From contig CAITJF010000152.1 in assembly GCA_903892645.1 (NCBI GenBank), forward strand, positions 2,205-66,204: DNA of 64,000 bases. The letters are read 5' to 3'. Numbering within the stretch: position 1 is the stretch's first letter; the number at the start of each line of letters is the position of its first letter. Shown here one piece after another: positions 56,134 to 64,000 of this stretch. The stretch comes from an uncultured Nitrosomonadales bacterium. Its GTDB lineage: Bacteria > Pseudomonadota > Gammaproteobacteria > Burkholderiales > Gallionellaceae. Position numbers and translations under genes: made by a program. The notes beneath the pieces were generated by a model. It did no database searches and was not told the DNA's origin. It was given only the letters and a program-made list of their open reading frames with translations.

Positions 56134-56865
56134 CTAGAATTTTTCATCCTCGCGCAGGTAACGCCACTGTCCGGTCGGCAAGTCGCCCAGCTTGACCTTG
56201 CCGATACGCACGCGCTTTAACCCGGTGACTTTCAGCCCGACCAGTTCGCACATGCGGCGGATCTGGCGTTTCTTTCCTTCGTGCAAGATAAAATGCAACT
56301 GGTCGTCATTCTGCCAGCTTACTTTGGCGGGTTTGAGCGCTTCGCCGTCCAGCTTCAGGCCGAGGTTCAACATTTGTAAACCGTTGCCCGCAATCTTGCC
56401 TTGTATGCGCACCAGGTATTCCTTGTCGATGGCGGAATCTTCGCCGATGAGTTGTTTGGCGATGCGGCCATCCTGAGTCAGCACCAGCAAGCCCTGCGAA
56501 TCAATATCCAGGCGGCCTGCTGGGGCGAGGCCTTTCAAATGCGCCGGGCTGAAACGCAGCGGTGATTGATCACTGGCAAAGTGTGAAGCCGCGTTGATCA
56601 GGGTGACGGCGGGCTTGTGGTTATCCTCCGCCTGCCCGGAAACATAGCCGATGGGCTTGTTCAGCAGGATGGTCACACGCGTGTGTTGCTGGGTTTGTGC
56701 GGCACGATTCAGGGTGATGCGCTGCGCGGGGTCAATCCTGATGCCCAGTTCGGTGACCGGTTTGCCATCTACCAGCACCCAACCGCGTTCGATATAGCTA
56801 TCCGCCTCGCGGCGGGAGCACAGGCCTTGTTCAGACATCAGCTTGGAGAGGCGGATTTTTTCCAT
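56134..56865 (-). CDS. rRNA pseudouridine synthase, RsuA/RluB/RluF family
   Basis: N-terminal S4 domain ([30 protein letters not shown]) and catalytic block [17 protein letters not shown]. Confidence 0.88.
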   Translation of the reverse strand: MEKIRLSKLMSEQGLCSRREADSYIERGWVLVDGKPVTELGIRIDPAQRITLNRAAQTQQHTRVTILLNKPIGYVSGQAEDNHKPAVTLINAASHFASDQSPLRFSPAHLKGLAPAGRLDIDSQGLLVLTQDGRIAKQLIGEDSAIDKEYLVRIQGKIAGNGLQMLNLGLKLDGEALKPAKVSWQNDDQLHFILHEGKKRQIRRMCELVGLKVTGLKRVRIGKVKLGDLPTGQWRYLREDEKF

Positions 56866-57494
56866 TAGTGAGGTGGATGGATACCATCGTTTGGTTTAAT
56901 TGCAGCAAGTCCTTCTTCGGCGAGCGCAGTACGGAGCTCTTCCAGTCTGGCATGAAAGTCCGCCGCTTCGCCATAATCCAGAAAGCGGGCGTAGCGCGAG
57001 TGGGAACCGAGAACCTTGCGCGCATGTTTGATTGGGCAGAAAAACTGTTCGGTTCGCGCTGTGATCTCACGGGCGTAGCCAAGCAGCCCATTGGCATACG
57101 AGCAATAGATGCAGTGGAATTTTTCAAAGATATTGAGATATGCCAGGTGCTGGTGATCAATCACGATGTAATTCGATCGTCTGGCCTTGGGGATACCGTA
57201 AATCGGGAAGCAGGTCACCTGATAAAGCGTGACACAGCAGTCCAGAAAAACCAATGGGATGATCATACCGTAGATGATGGGCGCGGTGAGCAGCTGCTGC
57301 GGGCGCACAGTAAGGAACCAGCGGAAAATCCCCATCTTTAGCCGGAGATGCGTTTCCCTGATGGAGCGTTCGAATTCGACGCGCTTGCCTTCGATTTGGT
57401 ACAGGAAACGGCCCTCCTGTTCATGGAGAGCCGTCCGCAGTTCATCTTCGAGCGAGGTTATTTGGTTCAGGATATGGCGAATCCGCTCATTCAT
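56865..57494 (-). CDS. Hypothetical membrane protein with Cys/His motifs
   Basis: 209 aa. N-terminal coiled-coil, two hydrophobic helices, then [10 protein letters not shown]...FFCPIKHA. No family recognised. Confidence 0.5.
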   Translation of the reverse strand: MNERIRHILNQITSLEDELRTALHEQEGRFLYQIEGKRVEFERSIRETHLRLKMGIFRWFLTVRPQQLLTAPIIYGMIIPLVFLDCCVTLYQVTCFPIYGIPKARRSNYIVIDHQHLAYLNIFEKFHCIYCSYANGLLGYAREITARTEQFFCPIKHARKVLGSHSRYARFLDYGEAADFHARLEELRTALAEEGLAAIKPNDGIHPPH

Positions 57495-57538
57495 AAGATT
57501 GCGCTCCCGGCGCGGTCGGCAAGGCGATCGGTAGCGCG

Positions 57539-58015
57539 CTAGATTTGATGATCGACCAACCTGCCATCGGCCATGCGCAGCCTTTTTGAAAGCGAGACCG
57601 CCACCGCGCGGATTACCTTGGCTGCGGTTCTTGGCACCTCGGTCAGCATCTTGTCTAGTGAGTCTTTTGTTAATGTCAGCAAGGTGCAGTCCGTTGCCGC
57701 GACGCAGGTGGCGGAGCGCCTCTCGCCATCCAGCACCGCCATTTCGCCGAATGCCCGCCCCTTGTGCAAAGTGGCGATATCGACAGCTTCCTCATCCATG
57801 TTGACTTTCAGTATGGAAACATTGCCGGAATTGACAATACACATGAAGGTGCCGTCATCGCCCTCCTTGAAGATTGTTTCTCCCTCCCCAATTTTGCTGA
57901 CGCTGAAATAGCGCGCAGCCGACTGGATCTCGGCAGAGGGGAAATTGTTGAAGAGGTCGCATTCCATCAGCATTTCGCCGATGTCTTCAATGAGGAGGGA
58001 GTTTTCCGGCGTCAT
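57539..58015 (-). CDS. Stand-alone cyclic-nucleotide-binding domain protein
   Basis: 158 aa. cNMP-binding signature GRAFGEMAVLDGERRSATCVA. Confidence 0.8.
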   Translation of the reverse strand: MTPENSLLIEDIGEMLMECDLFNNFPSAEIQSAARYFSVSKIGEGETIFKEGDDGTFMCIVNSGNVSILKVNMDEEAVDIATLHKGRAFGEMAVLDGERRSATCVAATDCTLLTLTKDSLDKMLTEVPRTAAKVIRAVAVSLSKRLRMADGRLVDHQI

Positions 58016-58110
58016 AGTCGCAAGGATGTCGGGTTATGCAGCGTTCCTGCGGATTCTAGCAAATGTTCATCCTGCCCATGCGGACTTTTTCAGATGCTGC
58101 CGTGTGTGTA

Positions 58111-58860
58111 TCATTTCTGGGCGCAGGCAGAACAGGTTTTATCCTTGATGAGTTTAATGGTGCGCAGCTCCATGTGCAGCGCGCCCAGCAGCAGCAATTT
58201 TCCACAAAGTGAGGTGCCCGCGTCCAGCAGCAATTTGAGCGCCTCGGTGGCTTGCAGGCTGCCGATGATGCCGACCAGCGGGGCAAACACGCCCATCACC
58301 GCGCAACGCGTTTCTTCGGCTTCGGTCTGTTCCGGATACAGGCAATGGTAGCAGGGGCTATGCGGATGGCGCAGGTCGAACACGGTTACCTGTCCATCGA
58401 AGCGGGTAGCGGCGCCGGATACCAAAGGTTTTTTCAGTTGCACACAGACCCGGTTAAGCGCGTAGCGCGTGGCGAAGTTGTCGCTGCAATCCAGCACTAT
58501 GTCGGCTTGTGCCGCCAGTTCAAGCAGACGCGTTTCATTCACACGTTCATTCAGCGCGATGACGCGCACTTCGGGATTGATCTCGGCAAGCGCGATCTGC
58601 GCAGAAGTTGCCTTGAGCATGCCGATGCTGGAAGTGCGGTGCAAAATCTGGCGTTGCAGATTGGTCAGGTCTACCGTATCACCATCGCACAGCGTCAAGG
58701 TGCCAACGCCGCTGGCGGCCAAGAACAGGGCGGCGGGAGAACCCAGCCCGCCGGTGCCGATTACCAGCGCGTGTGCACCCAGCAGTTTTTGTTGGCCCTC
58801 GATGCCGATTTCCGGCAACAGGATATGTCGGCTGTATCGCAGCAGTTGTTGGTCATTCAT
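58111..58860 (-). CDS. moeB: Molybdopterin-synthase adenylyltransferase (MoeB/ThiF family)
   Basis: The likely start is MNDQQLLRYSRHILLPEIG at 58860 (track ORF from 58881). GTGGLGSPAALFLAASGVG nucleotide loop and CYHC/CSAC zinc motifs. Confidence 0.85.
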   Translation of the reverse strand: MNDQQLLRYSRHILLPEIGIEGQQKLLGAHALVIGTGGLGSPAALFLAASGVGTLTLCDGDTVDLTNLQRQILHRTSSIGMLKATSAQIALAEINPEVRVIALNERVNETRLLELAAQADIVLDCSDNFATRYALNRVCVQLKKPLVSGAATRFDGQVTVFDLRHPHSPCYHCLYPEQTEAEETRCAVMGVFAPLVGIIGSLQATEALKLLLDAGTSLCGKLLLLGALHMELRTIKLIKDKTCSACAQK

Positions 58861-58861
58861 A

Positions 58862-58990
58862 CCTAAAAATCCACATTTCATCCCAACTGCTGCGTTGCGT
58901 AAAAAATTTCTTGCTTACATATAAAGCATATGCGGCGCGGCGAAATTTTTTACGCGCCTTGCATTTGGGCGAACTCTGGATTTTTAGAGG
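58862..58990. repeat. 129-bp nested imperfect palindrome in the S41 protease-moeB spacer
   Basis: Outer arms CCTAAAAATCCA (58862-58873) / TGGATTTTTAGAGG (58977-58990). Inner perfect 14-bp arms GCGTAAAAAATTTC (58897-58910) / GAAATTTTTTACGC (58942-58955). Confidence 0.75.
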
Positions 58991-59010
58991 CTCCCTATGG
59001 CGAACTGCGC

Positions 59011-60426
59011 TTACTTTCCGTGCAGAATATTCATCCCCTTCAGCACATTCAAGGCTTGGTTCAGCTGGTAATCATTTTTTGAGCCAAACTCTGTGATTTC
59101 CGGTTTGGTTGTTTCGCCTTCCTTGGATTTGGCAGCCGGAGCTTTAGCCGGGGTTGCAGGTTTTTCGCCATCCACTTTATCCTCGGATTGGCGATTATTG
59201 ATCAGGTGGCGCTCCAAATCGGCTTCGCGCATGTTTATGTGAAAGTCGCCAGCCGCCGGGTCTTCCACGGCGATGTCGGGGACAATACCCTTGGCCTGGA
59301 TGGAGCGTCCGTTGGGCGTGAAGTAACGCGCAGTGGTAAGTTTGATCGCGGTGTTGTTGCCAAGCGGCAGGATGGTCTGCACCGAACCTTTGCCGAAAGT
59401 TTGCGTACCCATAATGACGGCGCGTTTATGGTCTTGCAATGCACCGGCGACGATTTCTGAGGCAGACGCGGAACCGCCGTTTACCAGCACGATCATCGGC
59501 ACATCCTTAATCGCTGGTGGCAGATCTTTCAGGTAATCGGCCTTATCGTTATGACCGCGCGCGTAGTTGTCCGGAGAAGCAGTCAGGCGCATCTTTGCAT
59601 CCGCATTGCGCCCTTCGGTATAAACCACCAGCGCATCCTTGGGCAGGAAGGCGGCGGACACGCCCACCGCGCTGTTGAGCAGGCCGCCCGGGTCGTTGCG
59701 CAAGTCCAGCACCAGGCCTTTCAGCCCCCCTTCGCTCTGCTTGGATAAAGTGTCCAGCGCGACGGCAAGATTTTCACCGGTGCGTTCCTGGAACTGGGTG
59801 ATGCGGATAAAGGCATAGCCGGGCTCGACCAGCTTGGATTTGACGCTCTGCACCTTGATGACAGCGCGCGTCAGGGTGAAGGTCAGTTGATGGGGTTCGT
59901 TCTTGCGGATCACCATCAGGGTGATTTTGCTGCCCGGCTTGCCGCGCATGCGTTTGACCGCATCGTTCAGCGACAGTCCTTTTACCAGCGTGTCGTCAAG
60001 CTTGAAGATCAGGTCGCCGCTCTTTATGCCTGCCTGGTATGCTGGCGTGTCTTCGATCGGCGAGACGACTTTTACCAGGCCATCTTCCATGCCGACCTCT
60101 ATGCCCAGGCCGCCGAATTCGCCTTGGGTGCCGACTTGCAGCTCTTTGTAGCCCTCGGCATCCAGATAAGCGGAATGCGGATCCAAGCCGCTCAACATGC
60201 CGGTGATAGCTTCGGTGATCAGCTTCTTGTCGCTGACCGGTTCCACGTAGTCACTCTTGATGCGGCCGAATACCTCGGAAAAGGCGCGCAGTTCTTCGAC
60301 CGGCAGGGTCGTTTCGGTATCCTTGTCGGCAATGGCGGAGAAGTGCAGACCGGCCAGTATGCCAGCGATCAGGCCCAGCCCGATCAATCCAGTTTTTTCG
60401 ATACGACTACGCATGTATAACCTCAT
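59011..60426 (-). CDS. Carboxy-terminal processing (S41) protease
   Basis: 471 aa. PDZ region plus S41 motifs GGSASASEIVAGAL and TFGKGSVQ. Confidence 0.9.
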   Translation of the reverse strand: MRLYMRSRIEKTGLIGLGLIAGILAGLHFSAIADKDTETTLPVEELRAFSEVFGRIKSDYVEPVSDKKLITEAITGMLSGLDPHSAYLDAEGYKELQVGTQGEFGGLGIEVGMEDGLVKVVSPIEDTPAYQAGIKSGDLIFKLDDTLVKGLSLNDAVKRMRGKPGSKITLMVIRKNEPHQLTFTLTRAVIKVQSVKSKLVEPGYAFIRITQFQERTGENLAVALDTLSKQSEGGLKGLVLDLRNDPGGLLNSAVGVSAAFLPKDALVVYTEGRNADAKMRLTASPDNYARGHNDKADYLKDLPPAIKDVPMIVLVNGGSASASEIVAGALQDHKRAVIMGTQTFGKGSVQTILPLGNNTAIKLTTARYFTPNGRSIQAKGIVPDIAVEDPAAGDFHINMREADLERHLINNRQSEDKVDGEKPATPAKAPAAKSKEGETTKPEITEFGSKNDYQLNQALNVLKGMNILHGK

Positions 60427-60453
60427 TGAGTGATATTTTTCTACGCCCCGGTT

Positions 60454-61626
60454 TTACCGGATGACCCATTTCATCGGATCCATGGGCTTTCCCTCGTGGC
60501 GCAGTTCGAAGTATAAACCGGAATCCTCATTTCCGCCGCTGTTGCCGACGGCTGCTATGGTATCGCCTCCGCGCAAAACGTCGCCCACTTGTTTGTACAG
60601 CGTTTCATTATTGCCATACAAGCTCATGTAGCCTTTGCCATGATCTATGATCAATAAGTTCCCGAAGCCGCGCAGCCAGTCGGCAAATACTACCCGCCCT
60701 GCCGCCACGGCTTTGACCGACTGGTTGGCGGTAGCGCGCAGAAACAGGCCTTTCCACAGCACTGTACTGTCCGGGCGCGCATTGCCGAACTTGTTGCTCA
60801 CTTCGCCTTTCACCGGTAGCGTCAGCTTGCCCTTGAGTTGCTCGAACGGGCTGCCGTCGAAACGGCCGTCGGGCAAATTGTCGTTGCTGAACATCCCCTT
60901 GCTTTTCGGCTGCGCCAGCATTCTGGAGAGTTTTTCCACCAGTTGAGCCAGATGGTTCTCGTCGCGTTGCAGGCGGCCGATCTCGCGGCGCTGTTGCTTG
61001 AGCTGCAACGCAATTTTGCCGAGTACCTGTTGATGCGTGCGCTTATCTTCTTCCAGGGTTTGTTTCTGCAATTTTTGCTCTTCCTGTAGCGCGGTGATCT
61101 CTGCGCTTTTCTGCATGGTCTGGGTAGTGACCGTATTCAACTGTGCCAGGTTGTTGCGCAGGGTTTTGAGCCATGCCGCGCGGCTGCGGGCGATGTATTC
61201 GTAATACTGCATTTCGCGCGCAGCCTGATTGGGATCATGATTGTTCAGCAGCAGTTTGAGATACTCCTGTTTGCCGCCCAGATATTGCTGGTAGAGCATT
61301 TCCCCCAGCAGCATCTGCTGTCCTTGGATGTCCCGTTTCAGTTGCCGTGCCTGCTGTTGCAATTGCACCAGTGTGCGTCCCGCTTCACGGTGTTGTTGCG
61401 CCAGATCAGCCAGCTTGCGGTTGCTGTCGCTGATGGCGCGTTCCGATTCGCGTAGCGCGTCTGCCACCTCCGATCTGGATTCGCTGGTCTTCTCCAGTTC
61501 CTGTTGCAGCCCGGCAATGCGCTTGCGCAGATTTTCCAGTTCATCCTGCTGCGAAGCATGCGTGCTTCCGGTGCCTGCCACCAGGCAGATGCACAGCAGC
61601 AGCGTGAGTCGGGTGCGAGTGGTCAC
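60454..61626 (-). CDS. envC: Murein hydrolase activator EnvC-like (coiled-coil + degenerate M23 domain)
   Basis: The proposed GTG start at 61626 overlaps the gpmI TGA (GTGA). This gives the signal peptide [23 protein letters not shown], a long Q/E/L-rich coiled-coil and a C-terminal LytM domain. The track ORF extends spuriously to 61962. Confidence 0.8.
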   Translation of the reverse strand: MTTRTRLTLLLCICLVAGTGSTHASQQDELENLRKRIAGLQQELEKTSESRSEVADALRESERAISDSNRKLADLAQQHREAGRTLVQLQQQARQLKRDIQGQQMLLGEMLYQQYLGGKQEYLKLLLNNHDPNQAAREMQYYEYIARSRAAWLKTLRNNLAQLNTVTTQTMQKSAEITALQEEQKLQKQTLEEDKRTHQQVLGKIALQLKQQRREIGRLQRDENHLAQLVEKLSRMLAQPKSKGMFSNDNLPDGRFDGSPFEQLKGKLTLPVKGEVSNKFGNARPDSTVLWKGLFLRATANQSVKAVAAGRVVFADWLRGFGNLLIIDHGKGYMSLYGNNETLYKQVGDVLRGGDTIAAVGNSGGNEDSGLYFELRHEGKPMDPMKWVIR

Positions 61627-63152
61627 TGGAGGTTGATAAGCGGCTTGCCCGTCATTTCCGGCGGTTGCGGCAGGCCCATCATGGCGAGCAGGGTGGGCGC
61701 GACATCCCGCAATGAGCCGCCGTCTATCATGCCCGCCTTGCGGCCTATGTACAGGAACGGCACCAGATTCAAAGTATGCGCGGTATGCGCCTGATGGGTA
61801 GTGTGATCGATCATCTGTTCGGCATTGCCGTGGTCGGCGGTAATCACTACTTCGCCGCCGCATTCCAGCATCGCGTTCACCACGCGGCCAATGCAACCAT
61901 CCAGTGTCTCGATAGCCTCGACCGCCGCTGCCAGGATACCGGTGTGGCCGACCATGTCGCAATTGGCGTAGTTGCAGATGATGGCTTGATACTGCCCACT
62001 AAGGATTGCCGCCTCGAGTTTGCCGGTGACTTCGACCGCGCTCATCTCCGGCTGCAAGTCGTAGGTCGCCACTTTCGGTGAGGGAACCAGGATGCGGTCT
62101 TCGCCGGGGTAGGGTTGTTCCGTGCCGCCATTGAAAAAGTAAGTGACGTGCGCATACTTCTCCGTCTCCGCGATGCGCAACTGCTTGAGTCCCAGATTGG
62201 CGACATATTCGCCGAAACCGTTGTGGATAGCTGAAGGCGAGAAGGCGGCAGGCAAGTGGCTGAAATCCTCGCCATAGCTGCTCAGCATGACGTAGTCCGC
62301 CAGCTTGGGGAAGCGCTTGCGCGTGAACTTGTCGAATGCCGCATCGGTCAGGGCGCGAGTCATTTCACGCGCGCGGTCGGCGCGGAAATTCATGAACACT
62401 ACCGCGTCGCCATCCTGCATGGCAGCCGATTCACCGATGACGGTGGCCTTCACGAACTCGTCGTTTTCGTCGCGCGCATAGGCCTGCTGCAAACCTTCTA
62501 AAGCCGTGGCAGCACTGAATGCAGCCTTGCCTTGGGTCAGCATATCGTAAGCCGGCTGTACCCGCTCCCAGCGGTTGTCCCTGTCCATCGCATAGTAACG
62601 CCCGACAATGGAGGCGATGCGCCCGACGCCGAGCGCGGTACACTTATCCTGCAAGCGTTGCAGCGAATGTTCGGCGCTGCGCGGCGGCGTATCGCGCCCG
62701 TCGAGGAAGGCGTGCAGGAATATTTTGCGCAGCCCGGAGTGTGCCGCCAGTTCCAGCAGGGCGTGGATATGATTTTCGTGGCTGTGCACCCCGCCGGGCG
62801 ACAATAGCCCCATGATATGCAGCGCCGTACCGTTATTTTTGGCTTGCGCGATGGCATGGATAAACGCCGCATTGGTGTTGAAACTGCCGTCCTGAATCGC
62901 CAAGTCCACGCGCGTGAGCTCTTGATAAACCACACGGCCCGCGCCGATGTTGAGGTGACCGACTTCGGAATTGCCCATCTGCCCTCTGGGTAAACCCACC
63001 GACAATTCGGAAGCATTAATCAGAGTATGCGGGTAACTGTTCCATAGCCGGTCCCAGTTCGGCTTGCGTGCTTGGGCGATGGCGTTGTGGTCGGGGTCTT
63101 CGCTGTAACCAAAGCCGTCGAGAATGAGCAGGAGGACAGGGGTAACTTTCAT
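61623..63152 (-). CDS. gpmI: 2,3-bisphosphoglycerate-independent phosphoglycerate mutase
   Basis: 509 aa. [15 protein letters not shown] and ADHGNAE motifs. Confidence 0.95.
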   Translation of the reverse strand: MKVTPVLLLILDGFGYSEDPDHNAIAQARKPNWDRLWNSYPHTLINASELSVGLPRGQMGNSEVGHLNIGAGRVVYQELTRVDLAIQDGSFNTNAAFIHAIAQAKNNGTALHIMGLLSPGGVHSHENHIHALLELAAHSGLRKIFLHAFLDGRDTPPRSAEHSLQRLQDKCTALGVGRIASIVGRYYAMDRDNRWERVQPAYDMLTQGKAAFSAATALEGLQQAYARDENDEFVKATVIGESAAMQDGDAVVFMNFRADRAREMTRALTDAAFDKFTRKRFPKLADYVMLSSYGEDFSHLPAAFSPSAIHNGFGEYVANLGLKQLRIAETEKYAHVTYFFNGGTEQPYPGEDRILVPSPKVATYDLQPEMSAVEVTGKLEAAILSGQYQAIICNYANCDMVGHTGILAAAVEAIETLDGCIGRVVNAMLECGGEVVITADHGNAEQMIDHTTHQAHTAHTLNLVPFLYIGRKAGMIDGGSLRDVAPTLLAMMGLPQPPEMTGKPLINLQ

Positions 63153-63266
63153 GCTGGCTTTTGCGTTATCAAAGTATCAGAATGTAAAAGGTTGCTAATT
63201 TAGCGTGCTATCTTAGCCGATTTCTGGGTGTCGCATGATGCTGGGCAGGGAAGGTAATGGTAGATC

Positions 63267-63569
63267 GTGAAGAAAAAATTAATCGATAAAGACGAAGATA
63301 TTTTGCAGGCTTCGCTGGCGGTCAAGGCAATTGCCCACCCGCTGCGATTGAAAATACTGTGCGTGCTGGGCGACAAGGAGGTCAGCGTGCAGGACATCGT
63401 TGCCGAAGTCGGCACCTCGCAGAGCAATATCTCGCAGCACCTCGCCATCCTGCGCGACAAGGGTGTGCTGACCACGCGCAAGGATGCCAACCGCGTGTAC
63501 TACCGCATCGGCGACCCCCGCACCATCAAGCTGGTGGGGATGATGCGCGAAGTGTTTTGTACCAGATAG
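63267..63569 (+). CDS. ArsR/SmtB-family transcriptional regulator
   Basis: 100 aa, GTG start. HPLRLKILCVL...VSVQDIVAEVGTSQSNISQHLAILRDKGVL winged HTH. Confidence 0.85.
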   Translation: MKKKLIDKDEDILQASLAVKAIAHPLRLKILCVLGDKEVSVQDIVAEVGTSQSNISQHLAILRDKGVLTTRKDANRVYYRIGDPRTIKLVGMMREVFCTR

Positions 63570-63582
63570 GGTTTGCGCTTCT

Positions 63583-63608
63583 CAATATATTAGGATATGC
63601 TAATATTG
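63583..63608. promoter_or_regulatory. Imperfect AT-rich inverted repeat, possible ArsR-family operator
   Basis: CAATATATTAG-gatatg-CTAATATTG lies between the arsR-family stop and the RND adaptor start. Confidence 0.3.
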
Positions 63609-63632
63609 TAACTTTCAATGTGGGTGGTTCGC

Positions 63633-64000
63633 ATGGGGTATCGCACGTTATTCATGCTGGCTTTGGGTTTTGCATTCACATCCGTTGCGCAGGCGGCGGA
63701 GAAGCTTGCCGTTGCGCCGGTGCAATACCGCGAGGTGGCGCAAAGCTATAGCGCCGAGGGTGTGGTTGAGGCGGCGCGGCAATCCACCGTGTCGGCGCAG
63801 ATCACCGGGCGCGTGAAGGAGATTCTGTTCGACGTCGGCGACACGGTCAGGAAGGGCCAGGTTATCCTGCGTATAGACGAGCGCGAAGCGGCTCAGACAC
63901 TGGCCGGTAGCCAGGCGCAGGTGATGCAGGCGCAGGCCGCCATGCAGAATGCCAAGTCCAATTACGAGCGCTCGCGCCAGTTGTTCGCGCAGAAATTCAT
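63633..64000 (+). CDS. RND/efflux periplasmic adaptor subunit (5' part; continues beyond window)
   Basis: ATG 63633. Signal peptide MGYRTLFMLALGFAFTSVAQA, then the adaptor N-terminal pattern ...VSAQITGRVKEILFDVGDTVRKGQVILRIDERE. No stop falls in the window. Confidence 0.75.
   Translation, partial: MGYRTLFMLALGFAFTSVAQAAEKLAVAPVQYREVAQSYSAEGVVEAARQSTVSAQITGRVKEILFDVGDTVRKGQVILRIDEREAAQTLAGSQAQVMQAQAAMQNAKSNYERSRQLFAQKF

Noticed and set aside
61627-61962. N-terminal 112 codons of the 502-aa ORF 60454..61962
   Set aside because: This part lies inside gpmI in another frame and is Arg/Gly/Pro-rich. A GTG at 61626 overlaps the gpmI stop and gives a clean signal peptide and an EnvC-sized protein.
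1-64000. CCGCAAG / CTTGCGG as a possible DNA-uptake-sequence-like over-represented motif
   Set aside because: A rough count by eye found about ten copies on each strand, close to the chance expectation for a GC-rich 7-mer in 64 kb. Only the copies inside palindromes (7983, 8017, 8497) look meaningful.
1-64000. tRNA, rRNA, CRISPR arrays, integrases or intact IS elements
   Set aside because: No T-loop (GGTTCGAATCC-like) signatures, regularly spaced direct repeats, or full-length transposase or integrase ORFs were found while reading both strands. The only trace is the decayed HUH-like remnant at 54600-54947.

Overview
GC-rich chromosomal window with betaproteobacterial-type gene order. The taxon is inference only. 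No searches were run, so all calls rest on motifs read from the ORF-track translations and from the DNA itself.

**1-23.2 kb (all minus strand).** This holds the 5' part of secA, an M23 peptidase, a DUF721/DciA-like gene, lpxC and a complete dcw cluster (mraZ-rsmH-ftsL-ftsI-murE-murF-mraY-murD-ftsW-murG-murC-murB-ddl-ftsQ-ftsA-ftsZ). A readable sigma70 promoter and four 10-bp-phased MraZ boxes sit upstream. The cluster is otherwise canonical but carries several palindromic insertions: inside ftsQ, at the ddl 3' end, in the ftsW-murG gap and in the mraZ-rsmH gap.

**23.2-35 kb.** An AT-richer patch holds a Fis-type HTH gene remnant and an orphan secreted protein. It is followed by a CusBA-like RND metal pump with no outer-membrane gene. 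That pump is appended to the O2-independent ubiquinone genes ubiU-ubiV-ubiT, which are translationally coupled to a TIGR01212-type radical SAM gene. A cysteine-rich secreted protein, an SCO protein and sirB2 follow.

**35.1-46.5 kb (most interesting part).** A perfect FNR box fronts a respiratory cluster containing:
- a ba3-like heme-copper enzyme whose cross-link tyrosine is replaced by glutamine;
- heme O synthase and an SCO/SenC protein;
- two paralogous four-His cytochrome b modules, one fused to 2Fe-2S plus an FNR-like reductase and the other to 2x[4Fe-4S] plus an MvhD-like domain;
- an orphan membrane-anchored protein;
- a second heme-copper subunit-I paralogue that has lost two CuB histidines;
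- a convergent heme A synthase.

A cytochrome c551-type gene, fnr and hemN follow, and two more FNR boxes lie there.

**49.6-64 kb.** This stretch holds an NMO-like flavoprotein, asmA and a mutY pseudogene (amber codon at the catalytic Glu, plus a 3' truncation). mutY abuts an AT-richer patch with a truncated HDOD gene and a decayed HUH/Y1-transposase-like remnant. After that come tlpA-like, pseudouridine synthase, cNMP-binding, moeB, S41 protease, envC, gpmI, arsR-family and the start of another RND adaptor gene.

No tRNA, rRNA, CRISPR array or intact mobile element was seen.
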